A stretch of DNA of 26,896 nucleotides from a virus (IMGVR_UViG_3300017705_000016:1-26896), one strand, 5' to 3'; shown: positions 1 to 7,491, counted from the stretch's first letter. Notes: generated by a model from the sequence alone, not told the origin. Numbers and translations are program-made.

Positions 1-1
1 A

Positions 2-442
2 ATGCTCCCGCCTGGGTGATACGACGAGACGACGGACGGCCTTGGAGACGCGCTTCGGTTTGCCTCGCGTACCCAGAAGGCAAAGCTCCGGGTTGGCCCT
101 GGTCCAGTAACCGAGACCCGTAAAGAAATCTCTGTCTGTCCATAGCGTAGGCGGTGCGCTCTTGTTCAGTTTTGCCCAAACAAAGGCTATGGTTTTAAAC
201 TTGAAGCCCCACGCCTCCATGAGCTTGAGCCCCTCTGGAAGTAAGGGATCCGTGACCCACAAAAACAGAGCGCAGTTGTCGGCAGCTATGTCGGAGACAG
301 GAAGCGCACGGATGTCTGCAAGGCTCATGCAGTCGTAATGTTTTTCGGGAGAACGGTCCTTGCCCTCGTTGCTCCAGGTGCGGAACGTCCAGGGAGGGTC
401 AGCGTGAATTACGTCAAACTTTTCAGCCGGTAAACGCGGCAT
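2..442 (-). CDS. MT-A70 family methyltransferase (probable N6-adenine DNA MTase), truncated at the window edge
   Basis: Not in the ORF track; translated by hand from ATG at 442: MPRLPAEKFDVIHADPPWTFRTWS...KHYDCMSLADIRALPV...CALFLWVT...MEAWGFKFKT..FVWAK...GLGYWTRANPELCLLGTRGKP...PRREH. The DPPW catalytic motif and the LFLW, WGF and GxGYWxRxxxExxLxG motifs are typical of MT-A70. Confidence 0.93.
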   Translation of the reverse strand, partial: MPRLPAEKFDVIHADPPWTFRTWSNEGKDRSPEKHYDCMSLADIRALPVSDIAADNCALFLWVTDPLLPEGLKLMEAWGFKFKTIAFVWAKLNKSAPPTLWTDRDFFTGLGYWTRANPELCLLGTRGKPKRVSKAVRRLVVSPRREH

Positions 443-491
443 ACAGAAGTACCACCGTGTAAAATGCCGCCGTCGCTAAAATCGGAGTCAT
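423..491 (-). CDS. Putative 22-aa hydrophobic (single-TM-like) peptide MTPILATAAFYTVVLLYAAFTG
   Basis: Strong SD (AAGGAG, 8 nt before the ATG). ATGA overlap with the stop of the upstream RHH gene. Its 3' end overlaps the MT-A70 start. Confidence 0.6.
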   Translation of the reverse strand: MTPILATAAFYTVVLLYAAFTG

Positions 492-640
492 TTCGTAATC
501 TCCTTTTCCTTATTGGTCATTTGCTCAATTATAAATGTGAACTGACCAGACAACGTCCGGTGTTCACGCTCGGCCAAACGTTTCAAGACTTTGTAAGTCT
601 TGATCGGAATGACCACACTTTTCCATTTTTCCGTATCCAT
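488..640 (-). CDS. Ribbon-helix-helix (Arc/CopG-like) DNA-binding protein, 50 aa
   Basis: Hand translation MDTEKWKSVVIPIKTYKVLKRLAEREHRTLSGQFTFIIEQMTNKEKEITK gives a beta strand (KSVVI), a helix (TYKVLKRLAERE) and an RTLS turn plus second helix. GAGG SD upstream. Confidence 0.8.
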   Translation of the reverse strand: MDTEKWKSVVIPIKTYKVLKRLAEREHRTLSGQFTFIIEQMTNKEKEITK

Positions 641-665
641 GCTTTCGACCTCATAATGTTATGGG

Positions 666-694
666 ACAGTATCGGATTAGTCTTCTTTCGTCAA
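666..694 (-). promoter_or_regulatory. Putative sigma70-type promoter TTGACG-N17-TACTGT upstream of the RHH gene
   Basis: The -35 (689-694) lies in the last codons of polA, followed by an exact 17-nt spacer and a TANNNT -10 (666-671). Confidence 0.5.
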
Positions 695-2572
695 GTCTCC
701 CCAATTCGTACCTAACGATATGTCGCATGGCGTAGGAACCTGTAGTTTGACGGAATTCTCCATGACATCGCAAAGCTCTCGGGCTTCCTTCTTGTCGGCT
801 ACAGAGAAGGCCAGTTCATCGTGGATCTGGACGAGAGGAATCTTGTTCTTCTCTTTGTATATTGCAGCCATCGACGCCTTGGTTTGGTCTGCGGCACTGG
901 ACTGGATCAACCGGTTGAGCGCCTTGTAGGTGTAGGCGCGTTTGATGTTGTCGCCGTACTCTATATGCGCTTCCTCTTTCGGTAACGCCTTGGACGAAAC
1001 AAAAAGGTTAGGCTCCCACAGGTCAAAGCGGCATTTGCGGCCAAGTAGAGACCTCACAAATCCGCCTTTGTCGCGGTGTGAAACTTTACGCTGCACTGCA
1101 TCCATGAGTTCTTTCACAAATGGAACGTCGTCATGGTACTGGCGCATGAGCCGTTTAGCCTCATCCGTGGACACGTCCAATTGCTCCGCCAGTTTTGTCT
1201 GACCCATACCGTACATAATGCCAAGGTTAATGGTCTTTGCCTGTTTTCTAGGGATTTCTGCAATGTCGGCAACCATCTGATGGAAGTCTGTCTTCTCTTT
1301 CGTATTGTAGGCATTCACAAAGGCATCGGATCCGGTCAGGCCCTTGTTCGTGAGGCTTGAGAAGTGGACCAGGATACGTGGCTCTTGCTGATCGAAGTCC
1401 ATGGACGCCCACTGCTCGCCTTCTTCTGGTAAGAACAGGCCGCGTATCTTCCGCGCCATGTCGGGGTTGCGGGCGGGTATTTGCTGGAGGTTTGGGTTGG
1501 ACATACTTATGCGGCCCGATACGGTCCCCCCACCCTCGCTTCGCAACTGGTTTATATGGCCGTGAATGCGGTCCTTCTCAGCGTAGCGAAAGATGCTGGA
1601 CAGGAACGTATTACCAATCTTGTCGTACTCTCTCGCTTCTGCAATCTGCTGGGCTATAGGATGCTCATGCTGAGACAGGAAGTTCTTAGTGAAGGACGGC
1701 AGTCCCGTCTTGGTGCGTCCGTAAGGTATCTCCAGTTGGTCGAACACTTTTGCAATGGACGCCGCAGCCCAGAGTTCTATACTAATACCTGTTTCCTTCT
1801 TAATCCCGGACAGGATCTTCTTCACTTCTTTGAGGAAATCCTGTTTGAGTCTCTCCGCCTGATCTAAGTCTACCCTGACGCCGCGCCTAGTCATTTCTAT
1901 ACATATCGGTAGGACCTCCGTTTCAAGATCAAACACAGGCCACAAGTCTTCTTTGGAAAGCTCAGACTTGAAGGTTTGCCAAAGCTGGAGCGTGAGCCGT
2001 GCGTCGGCTTCCGCGTACTCACCAACGAACGTAGCGGGCAGCTTGTACAGTTCGCCTTTCGGGTCTACGCCAAATTCCTGTGCCGCCTCTCTGAGTGCGG
2101 CTTCGGATTTCATCTCGCCAAGGTAGTCATAGGCCACCGCGTTGAGCGAATAGCTGAACCGGTTCTCGTTTAACAGAGGTGCGGCCAACATCGCGTCGAG
2201 GATGCGGCCTTCCAGCTTGACGCCCAGACGGTGCAACCAGCCCACGTCGTAGGCGGCGTTGTAGAATATTTTGTCAGAAGGATGCTTGGCAACCTCCTTC
2301 TCAAACCATTTGAGGATGATGCCCCGGTCAAGGTTACCACCGCCCTCATGCCCAAACGGAAGGTATGAAGTAAAACCGTCGTAGGACACAGCTATGCCAA
2401 CCACGTCGCCGTGGCCGGTTGCCCATCCAGGACCGTGGCTCTTGAGCCTTGGGTCCTTAGTCTCAAGGTCGATGGCTATTTCTTTTATGTCGCGAGGCGT
2501 GACGGGCAGGTCATCAACGGGGACCCACTCAGTTCTTACGCCCCACTTTGGTTTTTTCATGTTCTTTTTCAA
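677..2572 (-). CDS. polA: Phage family A DNA polymerase (3'-5' exonuclease plus polymerase, no 5'-3' exo)
   Basis: Exo motifs IAIDLET, FYNAAYD and YAEAD. Pol motifs TVSGRISMSNPNLQQIP, A (DFDQQEPR), B (RKQAKTINLGIMYG) and C (QIHDEL). Start is TTG 2572 (GGAG SD) or ATG 2560. Confidence 0.97.
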   Translation of the reverse strand: MKKNMKKPKWGVRTEWVPVDDLPVTPRDIKEIAIDLETKDPRLKSHGPGWATGHGDVVGIAVSYDGFTSYLPFGHEGGGNLDRGIILKWFEKEVAKHPSDKIFYNAAYDVGWLHRLGVKLEGRILDAMLAAPLLNENRFSYSLNAVAYDYLGEMKSEAALREAAQEFGVDPKGELYKLPATFVGEYAEADARLTLQLWQTFKSELSKEDLWPVFDLETEVLPICIEMTRRGVRVDLDQAERLKQDFLKEVKKILSGIKKETGISIELWAAASIAKVFDQLEIPYGRTKTGLPSFTKNFLSQHEHPIAQQIAEAREYDKIGNTFLSSIFRYAEKDRIHGHINQLRSEGGGTVSGRISMSNPNLQQIPARNPDMARKIRGLFLPEEGEQWASMDFDQQEPRILVHFSSLTNKGLTGSDAFVNAYNTKEKTDFHQMVADIAEIPRKQAKTINLGIMYGMGQTKLAEQLDVSTDEAKRLMRQYHDDVPFVKELMDAVQRKVSHRDKGGFVRSLLGRKCRFDLWEPNLFVSSKALPKEEAHIEYGDNIKRAYTYKALNRLIQSSAADQTKASMAAIYKEKNKIPLVQIHDELAFSVADKKEARELCDVMENSVKLQVPTPCDISLGTNWGDLTKED

Positions 2573-2849
2573 TTTTTAGCTCCGCTAGTTTACATTCAAA
2601 GGATACAGCGGAATATCCCGCGCCATCCACGTAATCGTCCTTATTGAACGAGCCCAGTTTACGTCGTGCTACTTTCAGTATCTCCATCAGGTTAGCAACG
2701 TCGGCCCCAGTTAGTTCATCGACGTTCCACAGATATCCATTCCATAGCCGCGCTATGTTCTCATGGTTCTCTGCCATGCTTCCGTGCGTATCTTTTCGGT
2801 CACCACCAACAAGCTTGATGGCTTCACTCAAAATCGTCATCGCCTTCAT
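2529..2849 (-). CDS. DUF6378-like phage protein (possible nucleotide-binding/hydrolase)
   Basis: Pattern ILSEA..LV.GDR...HG...ENHENIA.LW..YL...DVA..M..LKVAR......DDYVDGAGY matches my recollection of DUF6378. Confidence 0.75.
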   Translation of the reverse strand: MKAMTILSEAIKLVGGDRKDTHGSMAENHENIARLWNGYLWNVDELTGADVANLMEILKVARRKLGSFNKDDYVDGAGYSAVSFECKLAELKIEKEHEKTKVGRKN

Positions 2850-3195
2850 AAAGTGATCTCTCCTCTACTGGAAGTCCTACATATCGGGCATACTCAATGC
2901 CCTTCTTCATGCCTTCGCTGACGCCCTTGTCCACGTAAACGGCGCACATGTCGGCCACGTCGTACCAGGACCTCGCGAGAAACATTCCGGTCGCCCGTTC
3001 TTCGGGCCGGTTATCGTCCAGAACTTGCGTATACAGAAGGTGCGACAGGAACGGTGATTCACCCATGCCGATTGAATGGAACATACACCGTCTGGCGTAC
3101 TCCAGGTTTTCTTGCAGTGCCGCCTCGGGATTGAGCACGTTGTCTTTTGGCTTGTACGGGCTTTCGATGATGACCCTAAGATCTATGAACTTCAT
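2824..3195 (-). CDS. Nucleoside 2-deoxyribosyltransferase-like (DUF4406/DUF7768-like) protein
   Basis: VIIESPY...YARRC...GESPFLSHLLYTQVLDD..PEER..G...W...AD..AVYVD.GVSEGM..GI. Start moved to ATG 3195 (alternative 3207) because the longer extension overlaps a separate gene. Confidence 0.7.
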   Translation of the reverse strand: MKFIDLRVIIESPYKPKDNVLNPEAALQENLEYARRCMFHSIGMGESPFLSHLLYTQVLDDNRPEERATGMFLARSWYDVADMCAVYVDKGVSEGMKKGIEYARYVGLPVEERSLYEGDDDFE

Positions 3196-3337
3196 TTCTC
3201 TTATCATCCTCCTCAAGCGCCTTGTTTGCCAACATGGCATAGAACTCCACGCCCTCACTGATAGCCGCAATGTCCCGTATATCTGTCAACGCTTCGCGCA
3301 AGGCGGCAATGCGCCGTAGCTCCAAAGAATCTTTCAT
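3176..3337 (-). CDS. Hypothetical 53-aa helical protein
   Basis: Hand translation MKDSLELRRIAALREALTDIRDIAAISEGVEFYAMLANKALEEDDKRNEVHRS. ATGA overlap with the helicase stop. Fills the gap in the operon. Confidence 0.65.
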   Translation of the reverse strand: MKDSLELRRIAALREALTDIRDIAAISEGVEFYAMLANKALEEDDKRNEVHRS

Positions 3338-4857
3338 ACTGCCCATCCTCTCTGTTGATCTTCCGGCATTTTCAAAACCAAGTTGTTCTTCGTCCTGGTT
3401 ATTCCGACATATAGGACGCGGTGAGCGTCGTCTGGGTTGCGCTCCATTTCCTGTAGCGCCTTGCTCGACAGGTCCAGGTACAGAAGGACGTTGTCGGCCT
3501 CACCACCCTTTGACCCGTGGATCGTGGACAGTTTGATCGTAGGCTTCTGAAAGATGTTAACGCCTCTGTTAAGTAGCGCCGTGATGTATGCTCGGTCCTC
3601 GTCGCGTATCCGGTCCAGCGCCACGTCCCAGGTTGTATCCGGAACTTGCAGACCAAAATGTTTCCTGAGAACGGACAGGCTAAACGTGTCCTGATCATTC
3701 GCACCGTCCAGCATCTTCTTCGCACCGCGCTGAAGCTTGCCCTCACCGCTGGATATATGTCGGTATAAATTCTGTGCATCGCGCAACGATATTTCGTGAC
3801 CGGCTTCCTGTTGTATATGGTTCCAGGAACTAATGGCATCTCGCACCCGCTGACCCAACGACGGTTGGTTATACCTCTCAAAGAACTGGCCGGTGGATTT
3901 CATCTCTGAGGCAATGCCGTCGAGCATGTAATTGGCTTGCGCCATAACCAGCCAAGATCCCTCTCCGCTAAAGTCAAAGTTCTGAGGATCATAGATGCGG
4001 GACACGGACCCCTCTTCCTTGCGCGGGTTCCAAACCTTTTTCTGCCGGTGCGTAATCCTCTTGGACACGCGGTCCGCCAGACTATGTACGGACCTCGGAA
4101 TGCGGTAAGACTGCTCCAAGACTTCAGAGCCACTAGACAGGTTGATGAACTGGTCGATGTCGGCCCCGGCCCAGCGGTAGATCCCCTGGTCGTCGTCGCC
4201 AGCAACAAACATGCGGTCACTGTTGTCGTTTAGAATCTTAGCCACCTGCCACTGCAATGGCGTCAGGTCTTGAGCCTCGTCTAAGAAAACAACTTTCAGG
4301 TGCGGAACAAGGGATGCGTTCGCCGCAAGCTCAACCATCATGTCGGTAAAATCTTTAAGGCCGTTGACGGTCTTGAACCGATTGTATTCTTTATAGACGT
4401 GTTCGTACTCATAATACGGCATGTGTAAGTCACAGAAATTGTAGGCGTACTCTGGACCTTGGAGCGTGTTCCGCGCCAAGTCTATGCAGCGCATGATCGG
4501 ATGGTTCGATCTCAGTATGGAGAAGCCCTCATCCTGCAAGGTCTCGTTGTTCGTAGACAGGTCCACGCCTACCGCCTTGCCAAACTTTTTTAGCTTATCC
4601 TCTGTAAGGATTTCAGCATTGTTCATGCCTAAGAGAAGGAACGCCAAACTGTGCAGTGTGCGGAAGTATAGAAAGTCTTTTTCTGGATCCAGGCCAAACC
4701 GCGACACGGCGCGATCCCTAGCCTCATGTGCGGCTTTGCGGGTAAACGCGAAGTAGCCGATTTCCGTGGGTGACGTTCCGTTGGCAAGCAACCCATCTAC
4801 CTGATTGAGGAGGGTTGTCGTCTTGCCGGTGCCGGGAGGTCCAAAATACCTAAACAC
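3334..4857 (-). CDS. UvrD/Rep-like superfamily 1 DNA helicase
   Basis: Walker A GPPGTGKTT, AFTRKAA, FRTLHS, Walker B LDEAQD, AGDDDQGIY, QSYRIP, STIHGSKGGEAD and YVGITR. Likely start is GTG 4857 with a GAGG SD. Confidence 0.93.
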   Translation of the reverse strand: MFRYFGPPGTGKTTTLLNQVDGLLANGTSPTEIGYFAFTRKAAHEARDRAVSRFGLDPEKDFLYFRTLHSLAFLLLGMNNAEILTEDKLKKFGKAVGVDLSTNNETLQDEGFSILRSNHPIMRCIDLARNTLQGPEYAYNFCDLHMPYYEYEHVYKEYNRFKTVNGLKDFTDMMVELAANASLVPHLKVVFLDEAQDLTPLQWQVAKILNDNSDRMFVAGDDDQGIYRWAGADIDQFINLSSGSEVLEQSYRIPRSVHSLADRVSKRITHRQKKVWNPRKEEGSVSRIYDPQNFDFSGEGSWLVMAQANYMLDGIASEMKSTGQFFERYNQPSLGQRVRDAISSWNHIQQEAGHEISLRDAQNLYRHISSGEGKLQRGAKKMLDGANDQDTFSLSVLRKHFGLQVPDTTWDVALDRIRDEDRAYITALLNRGVNIFQKPTIKLSTIHGSKGGEADNVLLYLDLSSKALQEMERNPDDAHRVLYVGITRTKNNLVLKMPEDQQRGWAV

Positions 4858-5122
4858 TGATAGTCGCCTCGTAAACCTCGGGATGACGCTTCTTAACAAC
4901 CCGGCGGACACAGTCCTTCATGAAGAAGTCCATCTCGTAGCCCAATGCGGCAAGGATATGCTCTACTTTGTATATCGACAGATGCCTGGGCTTCCTTACG
5001 TTCTCGTACTCAAAGATGGTTCGTTCCGACATGCCTGTCTTTTCGCCCAATTCCCTCATGCTCCATCCTTTGTCCTGACGGATCTCTCTCAGCATAACTT
5101 GCCAGTGTGTCGGTATGGTCAT
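4850..5122 (-). CDS. XRE/Cro-C1 type helix-turn-helix transcriptional regulator
   Basis: LREIRQDKGWSMRELGEKTGMSERTIFEYEN is a canonical HTH_3 pattern. Confidence 0.88.
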   Translation of the reverse strand: MTIPTHWQVMLREIRQDKGWSMRELGEKTGMSERTIFEYENVRKPRHLSIYKVEHILAALGYEMDFFMKDCVRRVVKKRHPEVYEATISV

Positions 5123-5130
5123 GTTTCTTC

Positions 5131-6672
5131 CTAAAATGGTACGTCGTCGTCTTCAAACTTAGAACTGAACTCTTCTTCAATCTTGGCAAACGCGGGTATC
5201 GACCAGCAGCGAACCGTGCGGCCTTTGATGCGAAACTGTTCCGCTCTGCCGTCCATGTCGCGCAGCCTTTGAGCTACCTTGTTTGACCGGTACTCGAAGA
5301 ACTTGTTGCGCTTGAGGAACGACTCAAAATCCTTGAGCCGAAAGTAGGTGCGGTTGTCCTCGGGATCGGTCCATGGGCGGCGGAGCAATATCTCTTCTTT
5401 GTCCACCGCCGTTTGCATGTGCGTCGAAAACTCCTCAAGAAGGTCGTAGAACTGGCCGCGCAGACTGGTATCCTCTGGCGTTGATATGACCGCACCCTCG
5501 GTCTCAATCATCTGACTAAGAAGGTTGTTGATGCCAGCCTCCCAGGCTTGTTTAGCCATGGTGCGCGGCATGAAGTTTATCTGCTCCATGCAAAGTATTT
5601 GAAATCGCGGCTGTTTCTGTAGAGCCTCTGTGTCTAGCTCAACAGGAGATCCGTTGACATCCAGGAACCAAAGTGGCGGTTCGCTATCATACTTACGAAG
5701 GTTTGCAACTGTCGGGGTGTTCGTCCCCCCACCTACGCCGTGACGCCGTGTCCGACAAAGGTCCTTGTTGCAGAAATTGCAGATGGGCTGGTCCGCGCAC
5801 TTGTACTGGTAGTCCTTCTTCTTCACCTGATCGGCTACGATGTTGACCTCTTTAAGATCAAGCGGCGGATCAAGTACCTTCTGATTGTATTCCAGAATCT
5901 TCTTCTCCCAGTCGTCGGGACTGGACTTACGGAGATATACGCCAATGTTGAACAGACCGTTGTTGCGCGTACCTTCTGGAAACCCTTGACGGATCAAAGC
6001 CTGTAGGCAAGGCGGGCCGTCCTTGATCTCCTCATCAACAACAGCCTCTTCCTTCTTCAACAGCGCGTCGAGTTGATCCTCATCAATCGCCGCCGTTTCG
6101 GCCATGTCCAGGAACTCATCTAACGTGGCCGCGCTACCGTCCTCCTTAAAGGCATAGCGCAGACCTCCATCTTCTTTAAAATACGGTAGGTTCAGAAAGT
6201 TTCCGGTATCGCCACGATCAGCCAAGAGCTTTATCTGCTTTGGAAACACCTCCGTGTTGGCAGCGTAGCCTAGTTCGCTTGACAACTCTTTGAGCTTGAG
6301 TTGAACCTTCTCCGCGTCGATAAAGTCTTTAAAAAATAAAAACAGGTGCGCTCCACCGGATTTGCTGCGGCAAACCACCAGAGGGAGCTTCTGTTTCAGA
6401 ATGTTTCTGATTATTTGAGCGTGATCCAGGGGATATTGGTCAATGTCGATGGCCCCCCAGATGCAAACGTTGTCTTCGTTAATGGGAACAACGCCTATGC
6501 TGACCTCACCCTTCAGGTGGGATTTAAACGTGTCCTTGGTCCGTGGTTCGCGGACAATCTTGTAATTGCCCTTTTGCTTGCCGTTGGCGTCCTTGGTGGT
6601 CAAGTTCACCGCGCCATACGCCTTGTTCAAGCCACGGAACAGCCGTGCAAATCTATCTACGTTCTTTGTCAT
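5131..6672 (-). CDS. Archaeo-eukaryotic (AEP) primase / primase-polymerase with PriCT-like domain
   Basis: AEP motifs WGAIDID, RSKSGGAHLFLF and EVFPKQ...GNFLNLPY. PriCT-like EGTRNNGLF. No P-loop helicase motif seen. Confidence 0.85.
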   Translation of the reverse strand: MTKNVDRFARLFRGLNKAYGAVNLTTKDANGKQKGNYKIVREPRTKDTFKSHLKGEVSIGVVPINEDNVCIWGAIDIDQYPLDHAQIIRNILKQKLPLVVCRSKSGGAHLFLFFKDFIDAEKVQLKLKELSSELGYAANTEVFPKQIKLLADRGDTGNFLNLPYFKEDGGLRYAFKEDGSAATLDEFLDMAETAAIDEDQLDALLKKEEAVVDEEIKDGPPCLQALIRQGFPEGTRNNGLFNIGVYLRKSSPDDWEKKILEYNQKVLDPPLDLKEVNIVADQVKKKDYQYKCADQPICNFCNKDLCRTRRHGVGGGTNTPTVANLRKYDSEPPLWFLDVNGSPVELDTEALQKQPRFQILCMEQINFMPRTMAKQAWEAGINNLLSQMIETEGAVISTPEDTSLRGQFYDLLEEFSTHMQTAVDKEEILLRRPWTDPEDNRTYFRLKDFESFLKRNKFFEYRSNKVAQRLRDMDGRAEQFRIKGRTVRCWSIPAFAKIEEEFSSKFEDDDVPF

Positions 6673-6679
6673 GGAAAGG

Positions 6680-6702
6680 TGGGGGAGGACAAGCCTCCCC
6701 CA
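6680..6702. promoter_or_regulatory. Perfect 9-bp GC-rich stem-loop between the SSB-like gene and the primase
   Basis: TGGGGGAGG-ACAAG-CCTCCCCCA. On the coding (minus) strand it ends 7 nt before the primase ATG and is followed only by CCTTTCC. Confidence 0.7.
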
Positions 6703-6711
6703 ATCCCTAAG

Positions 6712-7491
6712 TTAGAACGGCGTGTCTTCGTCAGATGAGGTAGAGCCCTCATCTTCACGCACATGTTGAACCTTAACCTCACCCGTTTGGATGGATTGAG
6801 CGAGATGCTTCGCTTCCGCGTAAACATCAGGGTCTGAGATGACCTCGTCTTTCTCAATCTGCCAACCGTGCCAGGACCCGTTCTTGTTCTCCTCAGAAAC
6901 CGTCGTCATCTTCCAAATATGACTAAAACGGGGTGGCGTAAACAGGTGTCCATTACTGTCTTTCATTTTGATAGACTTAATAGCAGAGTTCCATTGCTTG
7001 GACTTCTTAAATTGCGTTGCCTTCATGGGCAGCAACGCTTGCTGGGTCATTCCGTCCTCATCAACGACAAGAACGTAATGTTGAGCGGTGCGCTCAAGGT
7101 AACGGCCCCCACCATCGACAACCATGTCTTTGTTGTCGTCGCTACGCTCCGTAGCTGGGATCTGATCACCAGTGTTATAGATGGCATGAGGTGCTCCGGT
7201 TCCTGTACCGCGAGGCTCCCATTCAATCCACTCCAGACGGTAAGCGCAGGGAATGACACGAATGCCGTTCTTACCTTTGGTCACCTCTTTCGTTACACTG
7301 TTGATGATGTCCCCGGCCTTGGCGTTGTCGAGGTCGTCAAGTTCGTCAGACATCTTCTGTAAGATTTTGACGAACGGAATGGCGAGATCTTCTGAACCCA
7401 GATCATCTACGCCAGAACCTGCATCCGCCAGGAACAGGTCATGTACCTCTGCAAGTTGTGCAGAGGGTTTCTTTGCGACGGCTCTTGCCAT
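6712..7491 (-). CDS. Putative single-stranded DNA-binding protein (259 aa)
   Basis: Located in the replication operon, with a beta-rich core containing aromatic residues (WIEWEPR, GSWHGWQI) and an acidic C-terminal tail ending SSDEDTPF. Start is ATG 7491 with a GAGGAG SD. Confidence 0.7.
   Translation of the reverse strand: MARAVAKKPSAQLAEVHDLFLADAGSGVDDLGSEDLAIPFVKILQKMSDELDDLDNAKAGDIINSVTKEVTKGKNGIRVIPCAYRLEWIEWEPRGTGTGAPHAIYNTGDQIPATERSDDNKDMVVDGGGRYLERTAQHYVLVVDEDGMTQQALLPMKATQFKKSKQWNSAIKSIKMKDSNGHLFTPPRFSHIWKMTTVSEENKNGSWHGWQIEKDEVISDPDVYAEAKHLAQSIQTGEVKVQHVREDEGSTSSDEDTPF

Noticed and set aside
677-2572. Intein, intron or DnaJ-like insertion in the polymerase
   Set aside because: The ORF is continuous and of ordinary length with motifs at normal spacing. 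No CXXCXGXG repeats or intein terminal motifs.
4850-5122. XRE protein as evidence of a lysogeny switch
   Set aside because: It lies mid-operon with no divergent cro/cI pair, peptidase domain, integrase or att site in the window, so lifestyle cannot be called.
6680-6702. Hairpin as a classic intrinsic terminator
   Set aside because: There is no U-tract on either strand, so it is kept only as a regulatory stem-loop.
6669-6857. 62-aa minus-strand ORF bridging the SSB end and the primase start
   Set aside because: It is an alternative frame over the SSB gene and the hairpin with no SD. A coupling role cannot be excluded but has no support.
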